A stretch of DNA of 64,000 bases from an uncultured Verrucomicrobiae bacterium (GTDB lineage Bacteria > Verrucomicrobiota > Verrucomicrobiia > Limisphaerales > UBA11358): the NCBI GenBank assembly GCA_963764035.1, contig CAVXQV010000004.1, forward strand, positions 157,340 through 221,339, written 5' to 3'. Positions within the stretch are counted from its first letter, which is position 1, and every line of letters starts with the position of its first letter. Positions 1 through 8,308 of the stretch are shown here, in pieces. The notes under the pieces are model-generated. The model did no database searches, had not been told where the DNA came from, and worked only from the letters and a program-made list of their open reading frames with translations. The translations under genes and the position numbers were made by a program.

Positions 1-77
1 CGTCGCGCCCGAAACCGCTGGCAGGCGGATGGCTGCTCCAGAATCAAACGTGCCTCTGCAATTCACCTCGCGCGACA

Positions 78-100
78 AAATCCGGCGCGACGCCGGATTT
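78..100 (-). terminator. Rho-independent terminator candidate downstream of the OmpR-type regulator gene
   Basis: Perfect 10-bp stem AAATCCGGCG / CGCCGGATTT with a 3-nt loop. On the minus strand the hairpin is followed by TTTT (77-74). A second GC hairpin ACGGGCG-TGA-CGCCCGT lies at 102-118. Confidence 0.5.
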
Positions 101-153
101 GACGGGCGTGACGCCCGTGCCACCGTGGGACAAAATGAATTCCCGATTTTCAT

Positions 154-804
154 TTATTCGATGCAATAGCCGTGGCCGCGGCGGGTGATGATGAATTCCG
201 CGCCGAGCTTTTTGCGGACATTCGAGACATGAACGTCGAGCAGGTTGGAAACGAGCTTTCGTTTTCGTCGAACAGATGCTCGTAAAGCTGCGTGCGGGTG
301 ACGACTTCGCCGCGATGCAGCGCGAGAAATTCCACCAGCGAATACTCGCGCGCCGTCAGTTCCACCGGCTTGTCCTTGAGCAAAACATTTCGCGCGGCGG
401 TGTCAATTTTCACGTCGCCGATTTCGATGACGTTGGTGGTCTTGTTCGCGCTGCGGCGGATGAGCGCGCGGAGCCGGGCGAACAATTCCGACAAATCGAA
501 CGGCTTGACCACGTAATCATCCGCGCCGGTGTCGAGGCCGCGCACGCGGTCGCGGGACTGGTCGCGCGCGGTGAGCATGAGCACGGGCGTCTTTTTGGTC
601 TTGCGCAGGCGCTTCAGAATTTCCCAGCCGTCCAGTCTTCGGCAGCATCACGTCGAGCACGATGGCGTCGTAGTCGTAGCTTTCGGCGTTGAACAGGCCG
701 TCCTCGCCGTTGTTGGCGGAGTCCACGGCGTAGCCTTCCTCGCGCAGCGCCTGGGCCAGGCTGCGGAGCAAGTCGGGCTCGTCTTCGACAATCAGGATTC
801 TCAT
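154..804 (-). pseudogene. OmpR/PhoB-family response regulator (receiver + winged-helix domain) with interrupted reading frame
   Basis: ORF 517..804 gives [28 protein letters not shown]...[12 protein letters not shown] 150..584 continues [43 protein letters not shown]. The expected C-terminus SNLLDVHVSNVRKKLGAEFIITRRGHGYCIE-stop sits in the third frame and ends at 154. One extra base near 636 and one missing base near 235-245 would restore a single protein. Confidence 0.85.
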
Positions 805-865
805 GTGCTCGTGGCTGCGGCTGGTTTAACACAACCGCAGCCTGCCGTCACTCTCGCAGAGGCAA

Positions 866-947
866 CCTTAAGGGAAGATGAAGCCGCGGGCCGGAAACAA
901 TTTCCGAAAAAATCAGGAATTATTTTCAGCTTCACATTTCCTTAAGG
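866..947. promoter_or_regulatory. Two copies of the palindrome CCTTAAGG in the divergent regulator / EF-hand intergenic region (possible binding sites)
   Basis: CCTTAAGG occurs at 866-873 and 940-947, 74 bp apart, between divergent gene starts at 804 and 1009. Confidence 0.2.
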
Positions 948-1008
948 TTCACCCGCGTAGAGTGGCAGCGTAAAGATTCACACCGGCAAAACAGAAAGAG
1001 AGCACAAA

Positions 1009-1470
1009 ATGAAAACGAACATGAAAACACTGCTGGCGCTGGCGGAATGCTGGCGCTCGGAGCGACGGCGCTCGTCGTCAACGCGCAGGACAACAATGAC
1101 GGGCCGCCCGCTGGCGGTGGTCACGGCGCTCCGGAGCGGTCCGCCCATGCGCGGCGGCCGTCCGCCCGCGCCGGCCATCGTGGCCGCGCTGGACGCCAAC
1201 CATGACGGCGTGATTGACGCCACGGAAATCGCCAATGCGTCCGCCGCGTTGAAGTCGCTGGACAAAAACGGCGACGGCAAATTGACGCCGGACGAATTCA
1301 TGGGGCCGCGTCCACCGCATCCCGGCGGTCCTGGCACCGGCCCGCGTGGTGCGGGCAGGGGTCCCGGCGGCTTTGCCGGTCCCGATGGCGGCAATCGGCC
1401 ACCCGGTCCTCCGCCCGGTCAAGGCAATGGCAACTATCCGCCGCCCGGCCCGCCTCCGGGCGACAACTGA
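1009..1470 (+). CDS. Secreted EF-hand calcium-binding protein with Pro/Gly-rich tail
   Basis: Two canonical EF-hand loops, DANHDGVIDATE and DKNGDGKLTPDE. Residues ~10-45 look out of frame: the alternative frame reads GMLALGATALVVNAQDNNDG, a proper signal peptide. This suggests a compensated indel pair. Confidence 0.75.
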   Translation: MKTNMKTLLALAECWRSERRRSSSTRRTTMTGRPLAVVTALRSGPPMRGGRPPAPAIVAALDANHDGVIDATEIANASAALKSLDKNGDGKLTPDEFMGPRPPHPGGPGTGPRGAGRGPGGFAGPDGGNRPPGPPPGQGNGNYPPPGPPPGDN

Positions 1471-1495
1471 ACTTCCGTTTGTGTGAACGGAAGGC

Positions 1496-1543
1496 GGCGG
1501 GCTGGCCAAGCCCGGTGTGAATGCCAGCCCGCCGCGCGTTTTT
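1496..1543 (+). terminator. Rho-independent terminator candidate after the EF-hand gene
   Basis: 10-bp stem GGCGGGCTGG (1496-1505) / CCAGCCCGCC (1524-1533), followed 5 nt later by TTTTT (1539-1543). Confidence 0.55.
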
Positions 1544-1683
1544 GTGGTGGCACAGGCGTCTCGCCTGTTCCGTCGGGCGTCGCGCCCGACGGCGACGTGG
1601 CGGAAATGTTGGTTGATTCGTGAGGTTTTGTTTGCGGTGCGACTGTCCCGCCGGAAACGACAGGCCGGAGGCCTGTGCCACCA

Positions 1684-2934
1684 TCATTTTCCCACCAGCC
1701 GCAGCGCAGCCAGAATCGCCGCCAGGATGGAGACGCCGCCGCAAACCACATACGGCAGCGCCGGCACGTGGGCGTAGAGTGACGCGGCGAAAATCGGGCC
1801 GAGGATGCGCGCCATGGCTCCGGCGCCCTGGGCCACGCCGATGGTCGCGCCCTGTTCATTCGCCGGCGCGAGGTTCGACAGCAACCCGAAAACGGGCGGA
1901 CGCGTCAGCGCCGAACCGATTGCCAGCAGCGCGAGCGCCAAGAGCATTTTGATCCACGGCCAGTCGGCAAGACGCAGCACCGCCAGCCACTTCAACTGGC
2001 CGTCGCCCTTGACGAACGGCAGCACGGCGAGGCTGATGCCGGTTAATACGAGGCTCAAGGCAATCAGCTTCGGTTCGCCGCACAACTTCACGAGCCGGCC
2101 GATGGCGCCGCCCTGGATGAACGCGCCAATCAGCCCGCAAAAAACAAACAGCGAAATCACCGTCGTGGCGGGCTTGGTTTCGTCCAGGGTGATGCCGAGA
2201 TTGAAATTGTCGCTGACGAGCAGGGGCAGGGTGCTTTCAAAGCAACTGAAGGCGAACGTGGCGAGAAAGAAGATCAAGACCAGCAGGCCGATCTTCGGCT
2301 GCGACAGCGTGTGCAGCCATTGATCCAGGTGCGGGCGATGGTTGGCGTGGGCGGATTCGGGCTTCAGACTTTCGGCGAGGATGAAAAACGCGAGCAGGAA
2401 ATTCGCGGCACAAAGCGCGGCAGCGGTCCAGCCAGGCGCGGTGGCGCCGCCGAATTTCAAGGCGATGCCGCTGATGGCCGGGCCGAAGATGAAGCCCAAC
2501 CCAAACGCCATGCCGATGAGGCCCATCCGTTTCGAGCGGTGCTCCGGCGGGGTGATGTCGGCGATGTAAGCCTGCGCGACGGTGATGTTGCCGGCGAAGC
2601 CGCCGGCGAACATGCGCGAAAGCAGCAGCGCCACCAGCGCGGCGGTGTGATTGGCAAATCCCGACCCGATGGCGAACAGGACATACGAACCCGCCGCGCC
2701 CGCCGTGCTGATGAGCAGAATCGGACGGCGGCCATGCCGGTCGGAGAGGCGGCCCCAAATCGGCGAGAAGATGAATTGCATCGCCGAAAACGACGCGATG
2801 ATGACGCCGATGAGCCAGCCGCTCGCGCCATAATGCCGGGTGTAAATCGGCACCAGCGGCACGACGATGCCAAATCCGATGAGGTCAATGAAGACCGTCA
2901 GGAAAACGACCAACAACGATGGTTTGCGCTCCAT
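1684..2934 (-). CDS. MFS transporter (drug:H+ antiporter / Tet-like family)
   Basis: 416-aa highly hydrophobic ORF. It carries the MFS motif A, WGRLSDRHGRRPILL, after TM2, and an N-terminus LVVFLTVFIDLIGFGIVVPLVP typical of TCR/Tet-type pumps. Confidence 0.9.
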   Translation of the reverse strand: MERKPSLLVVFLTVFIDLIGFGIVVPLVPIYTRHYGASGWLIGVIIASFSAMQFIFSPIWGRLSDRHGRRPILLISTAGAAGSYVLFAIGSGFANHTAALVALLLSRMFAGGFAGNITVAQAYIADITPPEHRSKRMGLIGMAFGLGFIFGPAISGIALKFGGATAPGWTAAALCAANFLLAFFILAESLKPESAHANHRPHLDQWLHTLSQPKIGLLVLIFFLATFAFSCFESTLPLLVSDNFNLGITLDETKPATTVISLFVFCGLIGAFIQGGAIGRLVKLCGEPKLIALSLVLTGISLAVLPFVKGDGQLKWLAVLRLADWPWIKMLLALALLAIGSALTRPPVFGLLSNLAPANEQGATIGVAQGAGAMARILGPIFAASLYAHVPALPYVVCGGVSILAAILAALRLVGK

Positions 2935-3267
2935 TTAAGTCCGGCAAGTCTAGCGGTTCCCGGGCTGGTTGACAAAGGGTTTAAGCATCCTCGTGGCCTC
3001 GACTGGCAGCCGGAACCGGCAAAATGCATTGCGATTTGCGAAACCGGAACCGCGGTGAATCCGTCTAGTCTCGCAATTGTGAATCAGAAAACGGCCCAAT
3101 CAATCCGGCCAGCCCTCCTCACTGGCTCCGCGCGGTGCGCTGCCTGGCATCGAAAAGAGCCAATGCCCGCTGTGACCTGCCCGCTTTTGCCTTTGACACC
3201 GGCGAAATCACACCGCAGACTTGCCTGGATAAATTTCTGATTCTTGAGCCGCCGGCCGGCCGCGACG

Positions 3268-5217
3268 ATGACACCACATACGCTCAAAACGATAGGATTG
3301 TTCTTTGCCGCCGTGCTCGTTTGCTCGGCGGCGGCGGCGCAGCCCGCCATCACCAGCCCGCCGCCGGGTTCGACCCTGACGAACTCGTCGGTGACCTTCC
3401 AATGGAGCAGCGGGGCGGGGGTGACGGAATATTATCTGGCCGTCGGCAGCAGCGTGGGCGCGACGGACATCTACTATCAAAACCAGAATCTGAATCTCTC
3501 CGCCACCGTCACCAATCTGCCGGCGGATGGCAGGACGCTCTACGTTCGATTGTCGTGGCTGACTTCGGGCGGCTGGCAATCCGGCGATTCCACCTACACG
3601 GCGCCCGGCACCAACACGCCGGTCCCCGTGATGATCAGCCCGGTGCCGGGTTCGACCTTGACGAACTCATCCGCGACGTTCCAGTGGACCTACGGCGTGG
3701 GGGCGACGCAATATTATCTTTCCATCGGCAGTGCCCTGGGCGCGACCAACATTTACTCCAGGAACCAGAATCTGAATTCTTCCGTCACCGTCACCAATCT
3801 GCCGACCAACGGCATGACGCTCTACGTGCAATTGTCGTGGCTGGTTGCCGCCGGCTGGCAGTTCACGAATTACACCTACACGATGGTTGGCACCAACACG
3901 CCGGTCCCCGTGATGATCAGCCCGGAGCCGGGTTCAATCTTGACGAACTCATTCGCGACCTTCCAATGGACCTACGGCGAGGGCGTGACGAAATATTATC
4001 TTTCCATCGGCAGCACACTGGGTGCGACCAACATCTACAATCAGAACCAGAATCTGAATTCTTCCGTCACCGTCACCAATCTGCCGACCAATGGCATGAC
4101 GCTCTACGTGCAATTGTCGTGGCTGGTTGCCGCTGGTTGGCAGTCCACGAATTACACCTACACGATGGTTGGCACCAACACGCCGGTCCCCGCGATGACC
4201 AGCCCGGTGCCAGGCTCGGCCTTGACGAACTCATCCGCGACTTTCCAATGGACCTACGGCGTCGGGGTGCTGAAGTATGCGTTTTCCATCGGCAGCACGC
4301 CGGGCGCGACCAACATTTACTATCAGAACCAGAATCTGAATTCTTCCGTCACCATCACCAACCTCCCGACCAACGGCATGACCCTCTACGCGCGGTTGTC
4401 TTGGCTGACCGACTCCGGCTGGCAAACCGGCGATTACACCTACACGGCCTTCGGCGTCGCCACGCCGTTTCCCGCGCTCGTCAATCCGGCCCCGGGTTCG
4501 ACCCTGACGAACTCCTCCGCGGCCTTCCAATGGACCGCCGGCACGGACGTGTCCAAATACTATCTTGCCATCGGGAGCGCCGCCGGGTTGACCGACATTT
4601 ACAATCGCAATCAGAATTTCAACCTCGCCGCCACCGTCACTAATTTGCCGGCGAACGGCATGACCCTTTACGTCCGGTTATCGTGGCTGGTCGGGTCCGG
4701 CTGGCAATTTGGCGATTACACCTTCACGGCCGCCGGCTCCAACACGGCCGTTCCCCAAATGATCAGTCCGTTCCCCGGCTCCACCCTGCCGTCCTCCTCC
4801 GCGACCTTCCACTGGACCTACGGCACCGGCGTGTCGCAATACTATCTCGGGGTGGGCAAGAGCGCGGGCGCGAGCGACATTTATTATCAAAACCAGAATC
4901 TCAATGTCTCCGCCACCGTCACCGGCCTGCCCACCAACGGCGCGCCCGTTTACGTTCAGCTCTGGTGGCTGGACACCGCGTGGCAGTCCACGAATTACAT
5001 TTATCAGGCGGTCGTCCGGCTGGGCGCGCTGCATCAGGGGACAAATTTCATCCTCTCGTGGCCCACGAACGATCCGGACTACTCACTGGAATACGCCACC
5101 GACCTGCCCGCCACCGACTGGTTCACCAATCCCGTCACGCCCGCCATCCTGAACGGGCGCTACACCGTCACCAACGGCACGCCCAATCCCTTCACGGTTT
5201 TCCGGCTGACGAAATAG
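3268..5217 (+). CDS. Secreted protein with six tandem ~94-aa beta-sandwich repeats and a C-terminal tail domain
   Basis: The ATG at 3268 precedes the signal peptide MTPHTLKTIGLFFAAVLVCSAAAAQ. Six repeats follow the pattern PGSTLTNSSxTFQWTxGxGVxxYYLxIGSxxGATNIYxQNQNLNxSxTVTNLPTNGMTLYVxLSWLxxxGWQ. The tail is FILSWPTNDPDYSLEYATDLPATDW...FTVFRLTK. Confidence 0.85.
   Translation: MTPHTLKTIGLFFAAVLVCSAAAAQPAITSPPPGSTLTNSSVTFQWSSGAGVTEYYLAVGSSVGATDIYYQNQNLNLSATVTNLPADGRTLYVRLSWLTSGGWQSGDSTYTAPGTNTPVPVMISPVPGSTLTNSSATFQWTYGVGATQYYLSIGSALGATNIYSRNQNLNSSVTVTNLPTNGMTLYVQLSWLVAAGWQFTNYTYTMVGTNTPVPVMISPEPGSILTNSFATFQWTYGEGVTKYYLSIGSTLGATNIYNQNQNLNSSVTVTNLPTNGMTLYVQLSWLVAAGWQSTNYTYTMVGTNTPVPAMTSPVPGSALTNSSATFQWTYGVGVLKYAFSIGSTPGATNIYYQNQNLNSSVTITNLPTNGMTLYARLSWLTDSGWQTGDYTYTAFGVATPFPALVNPAPGSTLTNSSAAFQWTAGTDVSKYYLAIGSAAGLTDIYNRNQNFNLAATVTNLPANGMTLYVRLSWLVGSGWQFGDYTFTAAGSNTAVPQMISPFPGSTLPSSSATFHWTYGTGVSQYYLGVGKSAGASDIYYQNQNLNVSATVTGLPTNGAPVYVQLWWLDTAWQSTNYIYQAVVRLGALHQGTNFILSWPTNDPDYSLEYATDLPATDWFTNPVTPAILNGRYTVTNGTPNPFTVFRLTK
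3343..5030 (+). repeat. 282-bp tandem coding repeat, six copies
   Basis: The period is 94 codons. Copies 2 and 3 (about 3625-3906 and 3907-4188) are almost identical over their 3-prime ~150 bp (AACCAGAATCTGAATTCTTCCGTCACCGTCACCAATCTGCCGACCAA...). Confidence 0.9.
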
Positions 5218-5635
5218 CTCCGCGCCCTGGCCGGCGTCCCCTCCGCCGTTTAATTGGGCCGTAAGCGCAATTGATTCAACGATTCACGCCCGGTTCTACT
5301 TGCGCAAAACGCCGAATACGGCTTGACCGCTTCCGGGATTTATGGCGAATTGTTAATGCGCCCAAAAAATGGCGCCGTCCCAGATGTCAGCAACCGAACT
5401 ATTCCAAATGACTCCGAGGGCGGATGCATCTGTGGGACGAGTGCAATTATCCGCGGCTTTTGACCGCGCGGCCGAACCCGGGTTGACGCATGATATTGGC
5501 TTGGGTCATGCGGCGGGAGTGCCGGACCGCGCGGTCTTCTTTCCCCGCCACACGCCTCCGGTCTCCGACCGCACCGCTGGAGGCTGCCGCCGTATGCCGT
5601 TCACCCCCGTGCTTGTCCACGGTCCTTTCGGGCGC

Positions 5636-5908
5636 GCCTGCGGGAGGTCCGGGCTTATGGCCGGAACATTTTCCCGCACCTACAGAACATCCGCAGGCGC
5701 CTGCGGCTCGTCCGTGCTCACCTGCGGCTGCTTCGGGCATACCGACGGCTGGTTCGGGCATACCGACGGCTCGTCCGGGCTTATGGCCGGAGCATTCTCC
5801 CATACCTGCGGAGCGTCCGGGCATACCTGCGGCGCCTCCGTGCCCGCCTGCGGCCCGTCCGGGCTTATGCCCGGAACACTCTCCCACACCTGCGGAACTT
5901 CCGCAGGT
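5636..5908. repeat. Degenerate 21-bp tandem repeat, 13 units, with 63-bp higher-order structure
   Basis: Units phase exactly at 21 bp, with consensus roughly ACCTGCGGnnCnTCCGGGCAT. The triplets 5636-5698, 5762-5824 and 5846-5908 resemble each other (GTCCGGGCTTATGGCCGGAaCAtTcTCCCaCACCTGCGG). Confidence 0.7.
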
Positions 5909-5998
5909 CCCCACGGAACGCCCGGGGACGCCCCTTTTTGGCCAAAACAGGCCGAAATACGCAGAAAACATCAACAATGAACCAACGGACATCGAAAT

Positions 5999-6691
5999 AT
6001 GAAAACTGACTTCGTGGATCGCAACGCCATCGCCTTCTCGGCGCAACTCAAACTTGCCCAGGGCGCATTGCCCGGCTATGCCACGCTGCTGAAAATCGCC
6101 ACGGAGGACGTGGCCGCGCTGGGGGCGGACAGCGATTACTTCGAATACTGCCTCAACTGCCAGGCCATCCTCATGCAGGCTGCGCACGAGGCCAGCCATT
6201 GGAAGGACCTCATCCGGGGCGGCGGACAATTGCCGCCCACCGGCTCGCCGGTTGACCCGGTGATGCCCGCGGCGGTGCCGGCGGTGGCCCCCGGCATCGA
6301 GGCGCGCTTCCGCGCGCTCGTCGGCCAGATCAAGGCCAGCAAGAATTACAACGAGGCCATTGGCCAGGCGCTCAAAATTGAAGGGGCCGAGCAAACCCCG
6401 CCGGATTACGCCAGCCTCCAGCCGGTCCTCCGCGTGCGGGTCAGCGGCAACGCGGTCCGGATTGAGTTTGGCTGGCAGGGCTATTCCGCCTGGCTGGACC
6501 TGTGCGAACTCCAGGTGGACCGCGCGGACGGCCACGGCTATGTGCCGCTGGCCTTCGTCTCCACGAACGGCTGCACGGACAACCAGCCGTTTCCGGCCAC
6601 GCCGACGAAGTGGACCTACCGCGCCATTTTCCGGGTGGGCAACGCGCAGGTGGGTCTCTGGAGCCTGCCGGTGAGCGTGAACGTGCCGTGA
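5999..6691 (+). CDS. Hypothetical protein (helical N-terminal half, beta-rich FN3-like C-terminal half)
   Basis: 230-aa ORF with an ATG start and ordinary amino-acid composition. The opposing 450-aa ORF is Arg/Gly/Ala-rich shadow sequence. No motif was recognised. Confidence 0.6.
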   Translation: MKTDFVDRNAIAFSAQLKLAQGALPGYATLLKIATEDVAALGADSDYFEYCLNCQAILMQAAHEASHWKDLIRGGGQLPPTGSPVDPVMPAAVPAVAPGIEARFRALVGQIKASKNYNEAIGQALKIEGAEQTPPDYASLQPVLRVRVSGNAVRIEFGWQGYSAWLDLCELQVDRADGHGYVPLAFVSTNGCTDNQPFPATPTKWTYRAIFRVGNAQVGLWSLPVSVNVP

Positions 6692-6775
6692 GCAGGCAGG
6701 GCCGTGCTGCCGCGCGGGGCCAGACTGAATTCGGGGGCGGCGCGGCAGCGCCGCCCCGCCAGACATGATTGAATT

Positions 6776-8164
6776 ATGAAAATGCGAAGCGTGATTCAAA
6801 TCTTGCTACTGTGTGCCGCGATGCTGCTGCTCGCGCTCACCAGCGGCGCGCAACCCGTGACCCAAATTGCCGCTGGAGGCTACCACAGCCTGTTTCTGAA
6901 AAGCGACGGGAGTCTTTGGGCCATGGGCTTCAATGGCTATGGCCAGTTGGGTGACGGCACAACCAATAATGTCAACCGGCCCGAGCAGATTGTGGCCAGC
7001 AACGTTACGGCGATGGCCGCGGGCGGTTATTACGGTTCTCCTGGTGATGGCTCATACAGCCACAACCTGTTTCTTAAAAGTGACGGCAGTCTATGGGCCA
7101 TGGGCGCCAACAATGCCGGTCAGTTGGGTGACGGCAGTTATACATCCACCAACCGGCCCGAGCAGATTGTGGCGAGCAATGTCATGGCCATCGCCGCAGG
7201 ACGAATCCATAGCTTGTTTCTCAAGAACGACGGCAGTTTATGGGTTATGGGCGACAATGAATATGGCCAGTTGGGTGACGGCACCTACAATAACGCCAAT
7301 CTACCGCAACAGACTGTGGCCAGCAATATCATCGCAATAGCTGCCGGATACGGCCATAGCCTCATTCTCAAGAGCGATGGCAGTTTGTGGGGAATGGGCA
7401 ATAACAGTGTTGGCCAATTGGGTGACGGCACAACCAACAATGCCATCCGTCCGGAGCAGATTGTGGCCAGCAACGTCACGGCCGTGGCTGTAGGAGAATA
7501 CCACAGCCTGTTTCTCAAGCGTGAAGGCAGCCTGTGGGCAATGGGGTTGAACTATTATGGGCAGTTGGGCGACAGCACTTACAACAACACCAACCGGCCG
7601 GAGCAAATCGTCGCCAGCAATGTCACGGCCATTGCCGCGGGATTCTGGCATAGCGTGTTTCTCAAGCAGGATGGCAGTGTGTGGACCATGGGTGACAACA
7701 GGTATGGAGAATTGGCCGATGGCACCTTTGGCGTAGGTTCCTATCCCAAATTTACAACCAATCAGCCCGAACAAGTTGTGGCCAGCGGTGTCAGAGCCAT
7801 TGCCGCTGGACAATTTCACAATCTGTTTCTCAAGAATGATGGCAGCCTGTGGGCTGTGGGCTTTAACGGTGACGGCCAACTCGGCGATGGCACTCTCAAG
7901 ACCATCAATCGCCCAGAACAAATTCTAGCGCCTTACAATCAAGCCGAGAGCACGGGCCAGAGTTTGAACGGCACCAATTTGCTATTCTCTTTCGTCGGCA
8001 TTGCCAATGCCACTTACGCGCTGGACCGCACGTTCAGCCTGTCGCCGCCGATTGACTGGATTCCGCGGCAGACCAATCCCGCCAATTCGTTCGGAGCGAT
8101 GGTGTTCACGAACGCGCCGGACCCCGCCACGAACAATTTCTGGCGCATCCGCTCCGTGCCCTGA
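6776..8164 (+). CDS. Secreted RCC1-repeat beta-propeller protein with C-terminal tail domain
   Basis: Signal peptide MKMRSVIQILLLCAAMLLLALTSGAQP. There are at least seven ~50-aa repeats of IAAGxxHSLFLKSDGSLWAMGxNxYGQLGDGTxxNxNRPEQIVASNV. The tail is ATYALDRTFSLSPPIDW...NNFWRIRSVP. Confidence 0.9.
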   Translation: MKMRSVIQILLLCAAMLLLALTSGAQPVTQIAAGGYHSLFLKSDGSLWAMGFNGYGQLGDGTTNNVNRPEQIVASNVTAMAAGGYYGSPGDGSYSHNLFLKSDGSLWAMGANNAGQLGDGSYTSTNRPEQIVASNVMAIAAGRIHSLFLKNDGSLWVMGDNEYGQLGDGTYNNANLPQQTVASNIIAIAAGYGHSLILKSDGSLWGMGNNSVGQLGDGTTNNAIRPEQIVASNVTAVAVGEYHSLFLKREGSLWAMGLNYYGQLGDSTYNNTNRPEQIVASNVTAIAAGFWHSVFLKQDGSVWTMGDNRYGELADGTFGVGSYPKFTTNQPEQVVASGVRAIAAGQFHNLFLKNDGSLWAVGFNGDGQLGDGTLKTINRPEQILAPYNQAESTGQSLNGTNLLFSFVGIANATYALDRTFSLSPPIDWIPRQTNPANSFGAMVFTNAPDPATNNFWRIRSVP

Positions 8165-8308
8165 CCAATTCTTGGACTGCGGCGGGAAGCGAAGCGCCAC
8201 GCCGCTTTCGGAAACTGATGGCACGCCCAAAGCGGTGTCGCCGCTGCGCTCTGCCACCGCACTCCAAAATCCAAGCCGCACGTAAATCGAATATCTTAAA
8301 TCGTAAAT

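Noticed and set aside
3135-4643. 502-aa alternative-frame ORF within the six-repeat protein gene
   Set aside because: It is on the same strand in a different frame. Its product is Arg/His/Asp-rich, it lacks a signal peptide, and it merely inherits periodicity from the real frame.
5447-6799. 450-aa minus-strand ORF covering the 21-bp repeat block and the 5999..6691 gene
   Set aside because: Its composition is Arg/Gly/Ala-rich, and it runs through the degenerate tandem repeat. The plus-strand 230-aa ORF is more protein-like. Confidence in either is limited.
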